This document shows, piece after piece, positions 26,093 to 38,066 of a DNA stretch of 64,000 nt. Numbering within the stretch: the first letter of the stretch is position 1; the number at the start of each line of letters is the position of its first letter. This stretch comes from Felis catus. Taxonomy: Eukaryota. Below the pieces are notes generated by a model that was not told where the DNA came from, made no database searches, and saw nothing but the letters and a program-made list of their open reading frames with translations. A program made the translations under genes and the position numbers. The stretch is from positions 50,902,001-50,966,000 of the forward strand of contig NC_058382.1 of the NCBI RefSeq assembly GCF_018350175.1, in the 5' to 3' direction.

Positions 26093-26823
26093 CAGATCTT
26101 CCTCAACTTACAGAGGTTATGTCCTGATAAACCCATCCTGAGTTGAAAATATCTTAGGTCACGGGGCGCCTGGGTGGCGCAGTTGGTTAAGCGTCCGACT
26201 GCAGCCAGGTCACGATCTCGCAGTCCGTGAGTTCGAGCCCCGCGTCAGGCTCTGGGCTGATGGCTCAGAGCCTGGAGCCTGTTTCCGATTCTGTGTCTCC
26301 CTCTCTCTCTGCCCCTCCCCCATTCATGCTCTGTCTCTCTCTGTCCCAAAAATAAATAAACGTTGAAAAAAAAAAAAAAGAAAATATCTTAGGTCAAAAT
26401 GCATTTACTAGAACATCTAACCCACTGAACATCGTAGCTTGGTCTAGCCTACCTTGAAACTGCTTAGAACACATACTTCCATTAGCCTCCAGTTGGGCAA
26501 AATCATCTAACTTTAAGCTTACTTTATGATAAAGTGTTGAACATCTCACGTAATTTATTGAGTACTGTGCTGAAAGAGGGAAACAGAATCGGTTGCACGG
26601 GTGGAGAATGATCCTAAGTGTCTTGGGTGTTTACTCTTGTGATTGTTTGGCTGCCCGGAGACTGGGGATGCAACCACCTAGCATAAAAGAATATAAGATC
26701 GCATACCACTAGCCAAAAAGATCCAAATTCAAAGTAGAGTTTCTACTGAATGCCTATCACTTTTGTACCCACTGTAATGTCAAAACTGTTTAACTGCAAC
26801 CCTCGTAGGTTGGAGATCATCTG
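26093..26823 (+). mobile_element. Tigger5/MER47-family non-autonomous DNA transposon (TcMar-Tigger)
   Basis: TIRs CAGATCTTCCTCAACTTAC / GTAGGTTGGAGATCATCTG; TA TSD at 26091-92 and 26824-25; internal CAGTTGGGCAAAATCATCTAAC. Confidence 0.88.
26163..26379 (+). mobile_element. Young felid SINEC_Fc-type SINE inside the Tigger element
   Basis: Perfect 17 bp TSD GAAAATATCTTAGGTCA at 26145-26161 and 26380-26396. Confidence 0.96.
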
Positions 26824-28007
26824 TATTTCTTATTATATAATATTATACTTGGACATTATATTCAGCTCCTATATTAAACCCCCTAACTCCAAACATTGGG
26901 AAGTCCAGGCGTTTCCCACCTGTCTTAGGTCTGGTTCCCCATGGCAGGAATAAAAGAAACCTCCACAGAAGTGGATCTGGGGTCCGGGCGCAAGGCAGAG
27001 CTCAGACTACAAACCTTTCCTATACGCATGGGTCATCACAGCTTGGTTGGACCAGCCCCGCTGATGAGGCACAGGCTGATGGCTAAATACCTGATGACAT
27101 TTTATTTGTTGGTAAATCATTTATTTGCTTGAAAGGAAGACTGCCATTTCAAACCTACAACCTGTTTTTCAACATATTCGGTTGGCATCCCAGTGGGTAA
27201 GTCAAGGATGAGAAGGATGCCCACGTGAGGAGGAGAGTGAATGGTTACACATCAGGTCTTCAGCAGCCAGAGTCGCAACAAAGATGCGTGCTGATCCAGG
27301 GGTTGTCAAGAACCCAGGGACCTGCAGGGGAGCTCTGCTGAGCCCGGAAGCTGCTGCTTCAAGACACACGACAGAGACAAGACTTAGCGGGCTCATCAAA
27401 GGACAAAGAGAAGAGTGGAGAAGGCAGCTGAGGCCAGAGATACCAACAAAGACTGTCCTAAAGGCGGGAGGACTCCCACGTTACTCACATAATAGAGACC
27501 ACAAGGCACAGTCTTTATCTGGAAACTGGGAAATCTTGCCAACCTTGTGCCAGGGCCAAGAGCAGCAGCAGCAGCCAAAGGGAGCCCAAGACTGCTCGCG
27601 ATCCTCGCACAGTTCACGGGAAAGAAAACCACAAAGGAAGCAATGATTCCGTTTCAGTGCAGCTTAATGGACTTGCTGCAACCCCTTGCTGCAAAAGTAA
27701 TTTTTATGCTGACGTCTGTCCAATCCACATACTCACCTAGACACGCACATTTTTATCTCAATTATTAACAATTCTCTGTTCATTTGACTGACGCTCTCCA
27801 AATGGGAAAGAAAATTCATCTAATTACAGCTTAAGTCCCAATGCATTGTTATTCAAGCAAAGAGTGTTACAGATTTTAAAAGTTTGGTTTTAGATTTGAA
27901 GGGCTAGGATCAAGAAAGAACAGAGTAAATGTTTAAAAATGTGTTACATATAGTCATTTTAGGTACAGTGATACTAGTTTCTGAAGAAACAGTTTCTGTA
28001 TCATTCT

Positions 28008-28160
28008 TCTTTTAAATGTTTATTGAGAGAGAGAGAGAAAGTGTTCACCCGCACACACGTGGGGGGTGGGGGGTGGGGCGAGAGAGAGAGGGAGACAGAG
28101 AATCCCAAGCAGGCTCCGTGAGATCGTGACCTGAGTGGAAATCAAGGGTCGGACGCTTAA
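28008..28160 (-). mobile_element. CAN-SINE lacking its 5' ~25 nt
   Basis: Antisense body stops at GGACGCTTAA and abuts an L1 tail. Confidence 0.88.
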
Positions 28161-28450
28161 TTATATAATATTATTATAATATAAATTTTATATATATATG
28201 TAATTTACTGTCAAATTGCTTTCCATACAACACCCAGGGCTCGTCCCAACAGGTGCCCTCCTCAATGCCCATCACCCACTGTCCCCTCTCCCCAACCCTC
28301 CCATCAACTCTCAGTTTGTTCTCAGTATTTAACAGTGTCTTATGGTTTGCCTCCCTCCCTCTCTGTAACTTCTTTCCTCTCTTCCCTGCCCCCATGGTCT
28401 TCTGTTAAGTTTCTCAGGATCCACATATGAGTGAAAACATATGGTATGTA
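28161..28450 (-). mobile_element. Felid/carnivore L1 3' UTR (5'-truncated)
   Basis: GTCAAATTG..TCCATACAACACCCAG..GTGCCCTCCTCAATGCCCATCACCCA..GGATCCACATATGAGTGAAAACATATGG. Confidence 0.9.
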
Positions 28451-28617
28451 TCACTTTTCTGAATGAAATTACATACTGGCATTTGACCATGATCGCCTCC
28501 ACCGGCAAATGTATAGTTATCAAAGGATAGGGGACAGAATAACAGACTGGGCCCTGATGGTTAGCTGGGACCAATGATTGTTAAAGTGGCCGAGGCCTAC
28601 TGTGTCCTCCTCATTGC

Positions 28618-28710
28618 CTTATTCATTCATTCATTCATTCATTCATTCAACAAATGGTTGTCCTATTATATGTAAGACACTGTGTGACACGTAGTAGGAG
28701 ATAGAGAAAA
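28618..28710 (-). mobile_element. (TTCA)n with L2 3'-end remnant
   Basis: ATTCATTCATTCAACAAAT, then TATGTAAGACACTGTG. Confidence 0.65.
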
Positions 28711-29476
28711 AAACAAAAGATCAAATTTACTTTTTAGAAAGTCTATTCATGAACTTCAGTCCTAAGCCACTGCAAAGATACTACAGAATATAATATGATT
28801 TCACGCTATGAATACTATTAACCCACAGGATTATTTGAGAGTTCTTTCAGCTTTGTGCAATTATTACTTGCAGATAACTCAGTTGGAAAAACTTATGACT
28901 TTAACCCCAGAACTAAAAATTAGAACCAATGAGATAATTTGCACATAAAAATCAATCTTCATTTTGTTTCTTCTAGCAGCCCTTAAACAGTTAATAGCAC
29001 ATATTATAACAATGAGTACATGACGTTTGACAATCTGGTTTTGTTTTCTTGTACTTCTTATTTAACACATGCTATTAATTCTCTCAAGGGTATGAGAATA
29101 TGCTCATCACTAATGAATAAGTAATATTCAAATAAAATTAAGTACATTTTTCGGATTCTCCTCAACTATTTCCTATCCTATTTATCCCCAAAGAGAGTAA
29201 ATAATAACCAAAAAAGGCTCGCGAATGTGTTTTCCAATATCCGTACTCTAGTCATTTGGGATTGCAGTCTTTATTAGGGTAAGATGTTAATTTGTTAACT
29301 TCAAAAACAGTAAGGCAAAGCCATGCAGCTCTTAGTGGAAAAGTTAATTCTAACACAGAACAAATTAGCACTCTTAAGCAAAGCAGCTTGGAGAAGGTTC
29401 TAAGCGTTTATAGGAAAAGGACCCACTGGTGCAAAGGGAGAAAAAGGCGACAGAAGATAAAACCTAGATTGGCTCA

Positions 29477-29700
29477 GGGCACCTGGGTGGCTCACTCAAT
29501 TAAGCGTCTGACTTCGGCTCAGGTCATGATCTCACAGTTCGTGCCCCGTGTCGGGCTCTGTGCAGATGGCTTGGAGCCTGGAGCCTGCTTTGCATTCTCT
29601 GTGTGTCTCTCTCTGCCCCTCCCAGACTTGTGTGCATGCACACACCCACTCTCTCTCTCTCTTTCAAAAATAAATAAACATTAAAATAAAAAAAAAAAAA
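29477..29700 (+). mobile_element. CAN-SINE
   Basis: Full length; imperfect TSD CTAGA(T/C)TG(G/A)CTCA. Confidence 0.93.
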
Positions 29701-30755
29701 CTAGACTGACTCAACATTTTGCTTGGGAGTGGAAGCTCTTGTAAGATGTGCGCAGGCGCAGCCTGGTTTGCCTAAGTTATTTCCGGTAGCATTTAATCTT
29801 GTCAAGTTTCCTTTTGAAAGTTGAACATTTGACATCTACAGCAGTAAGAGTGACAGAAATTCAGTCAGCATTTTTGTTTAACTCCTAATGATGTTCTTTT
29901 CTTTTCACTGTATTTCATTCGTTTGCTGGAGAGAATTCTATTTTATGTAAAAAAGCAGCATGCTGAGCCTTTTAGGGAAAGTATGTAAGAATATTGTTTG
30001 TTGCCAGTCACAGTATGCTTTTTATAGGAGGATATAAACTCGTCCTTCTGTCCATGGAGTGGAACAAGAGAAATAGCTTTACTGCATAATTTATTTCTTT
30101 GGCACACGCTCTCAACAGTGACTGTGTCACTGCTATCCAGCAGACACATGAGTAGTTTCCTTAGAGTTTTGTTATCCTTTGGATCATTAAGCAATTCAGT
30201 CAGCATTTTCCCTGGGCAACAGAATATCATGTGTGCATCTGAGTTGGGTTTGTGAACATACCAACGACTCATTAAAAAGGGCAATTCAAAAGTCAAACTT
30301 AAACACTGCTGAATGTTTATTTATTGAAGTGAACACCAGACGTGTGTCTGCAGCACCGTGGGGCGGGGCAGGATTCATCACAACTACATCAACTGTGTGG
30401 TCTTTTGGAAAACAACGTATTTAACCGCAAATCACCTGGAAGTTTGCAGTCTGCGCGTTCCATTCAACTGAACTCTTTCAACTCTGTCCACAATGATCGA
30501 TTAGAGACTAGTCAACGCCGATACCAGTAAATCACCCACATGTCAAAGCATACATAAGGAACACAAGTTGTAAGTCTTCTGTGCTAAACATTCTGACATA
30601 TCTCAAATGCTGAGGACTTTGGAAGGATGCTCAGGGAAGAGTTGAAATACACCATCTATTCTAACAGGAACTGGCCTGGATGCTCTGTGTGTGCTAACAC
30701 TACAATCCCAACAACGTTCCGGAAAAGTACTTTTAGTCCTACGTTAGAGATGAAG

Positions 30756-30793
30756 ACAACAACAACAACAATGACGACAACAACAACAACAGC
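30756..30793. repeat. Imperfect (AAC)n microsatellite
   Basis: Direct read. Confidence 0.85.
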
Positions 30794-30867
30794 AAACTGA
30801 GTCAGAAGATCAGGAATAACATGTGCACTGAAAACCAAGGAATTAGATTAGAATTCAAGCCATAATT

Positions 30868-31070
30868 GGGGTGCCTGGGTGGCTCAGTCGGTTAAGTATC
30901 CGGCTCTTGATTTCAGCTCAGGTCACGATCTCAACGGTTTGTGGGATTGAGCTCTGTGCTAACAGCATGGCACTTGCTTGGGATTTCTCTCTCCTTCTCT
31001 TTCTGCCCCTCCCCGCACACTCTCTCCTTCTCTTTCAAAAGAAATAAGCATTAAAACAAACAAAAAACCC
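30868..31070 (+). mobile_element. CAN-SINE
   Basis: Head and tail present; TSD AGAAT(T/C)CAAGCC. Confidence 0.92.
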
Positions 31071-31559
31071 CGCAAGAATCCAAGCCTGAATTTATTTCAC
31101 TCAAAACCTTCTTATTTCTATGCTGTCTCTCATTTGAGTACAGTAAGTGTCTTTTTTTTTTTTTAATGCCTTTAAAATCCAGAGCCTAGAGCCTAGACAG
31201 AAAAGGATTCCTCTTTTCTTACTAAGTACTACAGAGCCCTTGGAATCCAGTTCTCTAACTTAATAGCCTCTTAGCAGATTGTTATAAACCTTCACCTTTA
31301 TGAATCATTTATACCGTAGGGCGCCATCAGGTTTTAGACGTAGCTCATTTATTCTTTTGGTTCAATAATTATTGGGAATACCTACTATGTGCTAAACACG
31401 ATGCCAGGCCTTGGGAGATGGATAGGGTCCCTGGCTTCATTAGGCTAATCATTAAGAAAAATACAAAAATTTGAATTTGTGGCTCTCACCTTGCAATCAA
31501 CCATGGAATGATAAAACAACATTTTTTTTCCTAACAAAAGCAAAACAACCCCCACCTAA

Positions 31560-31860
31560 ACAGCAATCAGGAGTAGACTTCCTAAATAAGGCCCCAAAGC
31601 TTGAAACCATGAAAGAGAAGGATTGAGTTTTTTGACTTGGTACGAGCTAAAAATATCTATGTGGGGGAAAAAAAAACCCATAAAAATTACATGACACGTG
31701 CAAAACCAGGAAAGATATTTCTAACTTACGTTAGAAAAATGATTTAAAAAATGCTAGAAAATGGGGCAAAGGACAGAAAGAGCTATTTCAAAAAGAAAAT
31801 TTAAAATGCCAGTAAAAAAAATAAGTAACAAAATAAAATGCCAGCAAACTCATGAGACTG
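31560..31860 (+). mobile_element. Old L1 ORF2 fragment
   Basis: TTCCTAAAT..AAACCATGAAAGAGAAG..GAAAGATATTT..GAAAATGGGGCAAAGGAC. Confidence 0.6.
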
Positions 31861-33094
31861 CGTCTTACTTCCACAGCAAGCAAGGACGGGGCAATGAAAC
31901 CAGTGGCTCTATCAGCGTGGATGGGGTCTGAGACCCCTGCTCTAGACCAGGGCCTTCATTTGGGCATCGGTTGCCATTTTTTTCTTTTGGATCCACACTG
32001 GAGAGTCCAACTCACTGACAGGGTATTTTTTTTTTTTTTGTAGCTCCTGAAAACCCAGGTACTGTTTTGTCCCTCCAGGTAAGTTCTGGAGGGAGCAGAC
32101 ACTGAGCGGTGGGCCCCATCTTTCTCTCTGCCGATCAACTTACAACGCTCACCTCTGGGTGTTCCTTTCTGCAACCGCATGTGGGTAGAGACTCGGCAAA
32201 GGGAAGCACGTAACGGTGCACATACCGAAGTATCTTCCAAGCTCAGAAGGTGCCTCCCCTCTTTCTCACCCAGGCCTGAATTTCCAGGTCACAGGACTTA
32301 AATGTAAACACCCCCATGCAAGTCAACATTCTTTAAGGTTACCGAAGAGAAATTATGTTGAACTTTTAACAACTTTTCAAAGCTGTTGGCGTACGTTTTC
32401 TGCAGAGCAGAAATCCATGTTACGCATCACCTTCGTTGGCGTTCCAGTCTCAGGCACTGTCAACTCATCGCGAAAAACAGTTGTACTTATCACAGTCTGG
32501 GGTCACACAATCTGAACAACTACTCGCTATATTATGATCGTTGCAGCCGGAGGGGGTAAAGCCTTCTGTCAATTTATCTGCTACCCAAATGTTCAAAGTT
32601 GTAATTAATTAGGAGCAAAAGTAGGAAAAATACATCTCAAAGATAAATCTAGTCACTGAGTAGTTCAGCATGCCTTCTAATTTTCACATTTCTATAGCAA
32701 CTGCCAAATTCATGCCTGTCTACCAATTTGGAAACAGAAGAAATCATAGAAGGGGATTTTAAAAACCGGGCAGCAAGCCGGAAAAGGCTATCTTCCATTT
32801 GCATATTTATCATCATGTGCCAAAAAGCTTCTACGACACTGCTGGACTCAAGAGGGTTAGAAAGCCCCAGACTCCTATCTGTGGAGATTCATTTTACTGA
32901 GCCACCGGGAGAAGACAGAGGGCAGGCCATCCTGCCTTCACTGGCCCAGAACTCCCCAGAAGTTCAACATCAAAGAATCCTGGTGCTTTATATCAAAAAG
33001 GCCAAACTCTGATGTTCCCACCCCTCTGTCCTCCCCATACCATTTCATTAAACCACTCTTTATTTGGGTACTCAGGCACAACCCCCTTAGAAAT

Positions 33095-33500
33095 CTTTTT
33101 TTGGGGGTGGGGAGAGAGGGAGGGAGGGAGGGAGGGGGCCCAGAGAGAGAGATGGAGATACAGAATCGGAAACAGACTCCGGGCTCTGAGCTGTCAACAC
33201 AGAGCCTGACGTGGGGCTTGAACTCAGGAACCGTGAGATCATGACCTGAGCCGAAGTCAGAGGCTCAACCAACTGAGCCACCCAGGCGCCCTAGGAAATC
33301 TTTTTTTAAAAAAAATGTGTATTTATTTCGAGACAGGTGGGGGGGAGGGTCAGATAAAGGGGGACAGAGAGAATCCTTAGCAGGCTCAGTGCTGTCAGCA
33401 CAGAGCCCAACATGGGGCTTGATCCTACAAACTGCGAGATCACGACCTGAGCTGCAATCGAGAGTCAGGTGCTTAACCGCCTGCGTCACCCAGGGACCCC
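33095..33500 (-). mobile_element. Two tandem CAN-SINEs (33095-33291 sits in the tail of 33300-33500)
   Basis: Two antisense heads; the flank T(A/G)GAAATC recurs at each junction. Confidence 0.92.
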
Positions 33501-33504
33501 TCCC

Positions 33505-34280
33505 TTGGAAATCCACCTTAATCTCTTTCCTCCCTCCTTGTATTCAGTCTATCCATAGGTCTCGCCTGTATAATGCCTCCTAAAAAAATCCACATAGAAA
33601 CATTTCTCACTACCTTCCTTCCAAGCAGCCTATGTGAAGCTGCCACATTATTACCAATTATTACCACAGCCTATGTGAAGCTGCCAATTATTACCACAGC
33701 CTGTGTAACGGGACTCATCCCTTCCAGTGTTTCCCCCCTAGACAAGCCATCTCAAAAGAGGTTTTAAAAGCAAAAACTGGGTATCATCCTCCTGTCTGAA
33801 ACCATGCAGTGGATTCTCATCTCCTGGTGGCCCCTGTGGGTTTTCCCTGGACTCAGTTCTCTTTCCTTTTCTCAGGATGGATCACACACATGGGCTTTCT
33901 AACGAGTCTTTAAGCCTAGCTTCTTCGCAGCCTAGCACTTCTGCGTCCTTCCCGCTGCCCAGAATACACTCTTCCCAAATACTCAGGAGATGCGCTTCCT
34001 TTCATCACAGAGGTCTCCGTTCACATCTGTGTCCCTTTAAACGAACTTTCTCTCCTTATCCTGGTTAAATCCCCCTCATTCCTCAGTCTCGTTTTCGTTC
34101 TAGCACGTGGCCCTACTTCAATTACCTTATTGTTGCCACTTGTCTTTTCGTTACTGGTCTCCCTCATGCTAGAATGAAGCCTCCATGGCAGGAGGGCCTC
34201 CTCTGCCTTCTTCCGCGGCTGTATTCCACCTCCCCGACAGGCATGGGATATACTTGGTCCTTGAGAAGTATTGATGAAAT
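33505..34280 (+). mobile_element. L2 fragment
   Basis: CTGCCCAGAATACACT..TTCCTTTCATC..AGGTCTC..TTACTGGTCTCCC..CTAGAATGAAGCCTCCATGGCAGG. Confidence 0.7.
33626..33705. repeat. Local ~30 bp tandem duplication
   Basis: CAGCCTATGTGAAGCTGCCA(C)ATTATTACCA twice, plus an extra ATTATTACCA. Confidence 0.92.
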
Positions 34281-34589
34281 CAGCGATGCTCTCGGTTTGA
34301 CACATGAGACATCACAGCCTCATGGAATGTACAAAAATCGAAGTCTTGCTCCTAACAAATACAGGATGGAAACCCAGATTCCCTGACTCCTGTTCCAGGG
34401 CTGTGGCAGTCAACCAGACTGGCTTTTTTATCACTCGACTCATGCGAGCATTCCCATTTTTGGAGTGTTCTCATAGAGGTCTCATGAGATTTCAACAGAT
34501 CTTAGGGGAGGGTGATTCTCTGCATCCTTCCTGAGATCTGTGAATTGACGAGCCCAGAGCCTCCTTGATCCATCCTGTTAAAAACCCCA

Positions 34590-34775
34590 ACAATGAAGAC
34601 AAGAGCCTAAGAGCAGAATTCAGTAATACAGAACTCCTGGTCCCAAGGTACCCAAATTCAAATCTATCCACCTTGGACTTCCCAATCGTGTAAATAAAAA
34701 AGTATTTTGTTCCCTCCTAATCTGTGTTTTGGAATCCGTTGCTTGCAGTCAAAGAATTTTGGCCATGTATTTAAC
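34590..34775 (+). mobile_element. Old MLT1-type LTR 3' fragment
   Basis: CTTGGACTTCCCA..AATAAA..GTTGCTTGCAGTCAAAGAA. Confidence 0.5.
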
Positions 34776-34830
34776 TTTGTAAATAGGAGGACACTGTACA
34801 TGAAAAGAATCACATATTTTGGAAGAGTCC

Positions 34831-35052
34831 GGGGCGCCTGGGTGGCTCAGTCGGTTGAGTGTCCGACTTCGGCTCAGGTCATGATCTCGCAGTTCGTGAG
34901 TTCGAGCCCCGCGTCAGGCTTTGTGCTGACAGCTCAGAGCCTGGAGCCTGCTTCATATTCTGTGTCTCCCTCTCCCTCTGCCCCTTCCCCACTCATACTC
35001 TGCCTTTCTCTGTCCCTCAAAAATGAATAAATGTTAAAAAAAAATTTAAAAA
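34831..35052 (+). mobile_element. CAN-SINE (SINEC_Fc2-like)
   Basis: Full length; TSD CATATTTTGGAAGA. Confidence 0.94.
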
Positions 35053-36489
35053 ACATATTTTGGAAGATTAAAATGTTTATCATCTCAGTGAAATTCTATC
35101 TGGTATGATTTATAGTGATACGATAGGTCTTCAGTCCTTGGCATGTGTTTCCAGGTGGTTTTATTCTATTCAACTTAGTGACTGACTGTTTGAGATACTT
35201 CTTCACTCATTGGAAATTCTCAGGCTGAAATCAACCCTGATAAATTAGTAATATCTGTGTGATCATTATATTTACAAGGAATATACAGTTTATTTTACTG
35301 ACCACAGGAAAAGATGAAACAACAGAAACATGCTAAATGCATGTGGTCCCTGATCTAAATACTCTCGTCAAGAAGATATTTTCATAGTTATAGGACTCAG
35401 GAAAGGTGATCTTCAATTTCATTCTAAGAGACAAGGCTCAATTTCATCAAAAAAAAAATAATAATAATTGTAAATCCTGATAATAAATCTCCCAGAAGAG
35501 TTTTCTTATTCAATACTTCAAGGCAACTAGTGTTCTGCCCTCAATTTTATTTTTATTGTTTTTGAATGATTAATATACAGGCATTGACTAATAATTTCTT
35601 TTGCAGAATTGAATTGCAATGTTATTGATGGGTTTGGAAATGGGACCTGAAGATATATTATCATAACTATAGAGCTTAAAACATTAAGCCAATGGGGTCA
35701 AAAAAAAAACATTTAAGTATATCTAAAGCTGAACTTCAAAATAAAAATTATGTATGACTATTTTGACAACAGATGACAAATCCTTATTGGCAGTGGTGCT
35801 CAGACATTTATAAAAGTCTCATCCAACTGGAAAACTAGAAGGGATATAAACTACAACCAGATCTTCTTTTATGTGCTCTCTATTTTCCAAACAAATCGGG
35901 TGTGAGGCAAATGATGGGAGTAATGTTGCTTCTCATAAGAGATTGATTTTAAATGGATTTTCTGGTACGATTCCAAAGACGAAGTGCACACCGCCAAGAC
36001 TTAGGGAGACTCCAAGTGCCTCGGGCTCCGAAAGGATTCTTGAGCTCTCTGGCCTTAAGCCAAATGATATGTCAAAGAATAATCAAGATTACATTAGAGC
36101 TTTTCCTAAAGTGAAGGTAACATTCAAAGTTGGGATGACCGATGTCTCTTCGGAGAAGTTCATTAGGATTTTATGTGATGGGTGCGGGGGACACAGTTTT
36201 TCATTAAAAAGAACGGGCGGTCAAGAGTCTATTTCCCCTAGGCATCAGACAATACACCATTGAAAGTGAGAACAATGTAATTAATAATGATATTAAGAAT
36301 GCGTCACAATGGTGTCACCTGTGCCCCTTTATCCCATAGAGAGGCTATTACAGCAGAGAGGCAAGGGCACACAGTATTTTAAACAGGTACTTGAAAGAAT
36401 ACCACCATAAATTCAGCCCCATACTTTTCTTCCCCCAAATCCTCAGCTGTAATCAAGCAGAACATATTCAAAAACCAAGGTCATCTCAT

Positions 36490-36660
36490 GGGTGCAATAC
36501 CAGTTCAGGAGCCAACAATCTGAATCCCAGTTCCTGATACTCTGCAACTAACTTACTCACATTACTGCTAGGGCTCAACTTTTTTCTCTGTAAAATAAAG
36601 AACGCTGAGGAGATGATTTTTACTATCCTTTATGTTCTAAGAGTGGCCTGATTCTATAAC
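36490..36660 (+). mobile_element. MIR fragment
   Basis: GAATCCCAGTTC..CTCTGTAAAATAAAG. Confidence 0.55.
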
Positions 36661-37657
36661 ATAACTGTAAAAACATTTACTAGAGAGAGATGTTGTTCTA
36701 GAATGTAGACAGACAAGCAAATCGAAATAATCTCACAAGATGTAAAGATTTAAAACCAAAAGAACTGAGTTGTTCTCAGATCTGTGAGCTTTAGGCTTTG
36801 GCTGGGGAAGGGGGCGTTTCTCAGACCTGCCTCCATACTTCCCTGTCTTACTATTTTTTAGCCCATCTGAGGAACAAAAAAGTAATCAGAGCCTAAAATC
36901 CTGACTTGTCTAAATTCTTAAACTGAACTGAAAGATGGCTTTCATTTTGACGTAGCACCACTGTATACTGGCATAAAAGTATTGTGTTTGTTCATTTATA
37001 TGTAGTGATGTTGAAGGAGGCGCTAGCTTTGGGCAGATTGCTTTTTTCATTAATTATCATCTATGATCTATTTCAGATAAATTAACGCAGAGTAGAGGAA
37101 ATCTGGGCCAGTCACTAAATATTTATAAATAAACTTGAAAAAATCCTGCCACTGCAGAGGATGGAACTTCAAAGAAGAATAAGATATTTCAATACTCTCA
37201 AAATGTGTTTCTTGTTAATCACAGAAAGAAGAACTATAGTAGCTTTCCAGCATAAGTACCCGATGGGCACTACCTTAACCAGATGGTCAAAGTTAACATC
37301 TCCAATAATGAAACAAATCGACTTTATTTCCTTCTCATACAGAGAAAAACACATCACTTCTGTGGTGTTCCTGCCCAGAATGCATAATGTGAATCTAATC
37401 ATGGGGAAACATCAGGCACATTCAAATGACCCGCCCGTACACATCCCAAATTTCAAAGTCATAAAAAACAATGAAAAGCTGAGGCACTGTTGTAGACTGA
37501 CAGATAATAAATAGACACAACTAAATGGAATGCGTGACCCTGAATTAGATCGTGGAGTGAGAACAAAAAAAAGAACACCTTAAGGACATTCTGGAGGCAC
37601 ATGGTGAAATCAGATAATAGACTAAGGATTAAATAACACTGCATCAGTGGTTAATTT

Positions 37658-37874
37658 CTTTTTTTGAAAATTTTTATATGTTTATTTATTTTTAGAGAGA
37701 GACAGAGTGTGAGCAGTGGAGGGGCAGAGAGAGAGGGAGACACAGAATCCGAAACAGGCTCCAGGCTCTGAGCTGTCAGCACAGAGCCTCACACAGGGCT
37801 TGAATTCACGAACTGTGAGATCATGACCTGAGTTGAAGTCGGACACTTAACTGACTGAGCCAACCAGGTGCCCC
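37658..37874 (-). mobile_element. CAN-SINE
   Basis: Antisense full length; flanks GT(T/C)AATTTCTT. Confidence 0.93.
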
Positions 37875-38022
37875 AAGAGTCAATTTCTTGATATACACAC
37901 TCACAGTGGTTATTTGACACAATATACTTGTATTTATAAAATACACAGATAAAAGGGCATACTTACAACTTGCTCTCTACTAAGTGGCCAAATGAAATGT
38001 GTGTGCTGTGTTAAGAAAGAGA

Positions 38023-38030
38023 AACACACA

Positions 38031-38062
<32 letters not shown>
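38023..38062. repeat. (CA)n microsatellite
   Basis: Direct read. Confidence 0.93.

Positions 38063-38066
<4 letters not shown>

Larger units (their letters stand above)
25260..26850. mobile_element. MER21-family LTR (25260-26092, resuming 26824-26850) interrupted by a Tigger-type element
   Basis: GACACCAAATG..CACCAGCTGGG..GGTTAAGGGCTCAGT..CAAGACTGCC..TGACTTGGCTACAAA..CAAAGACCAAATATATA, continuing as TTTCTTATTATA after the insert. Confidence 0.85.

Noticed and set aside
35871-36263. 130 aa plus-strand ORF in unique sequence
   Set aside because: No homology I recognise and no clear exon boundaries.
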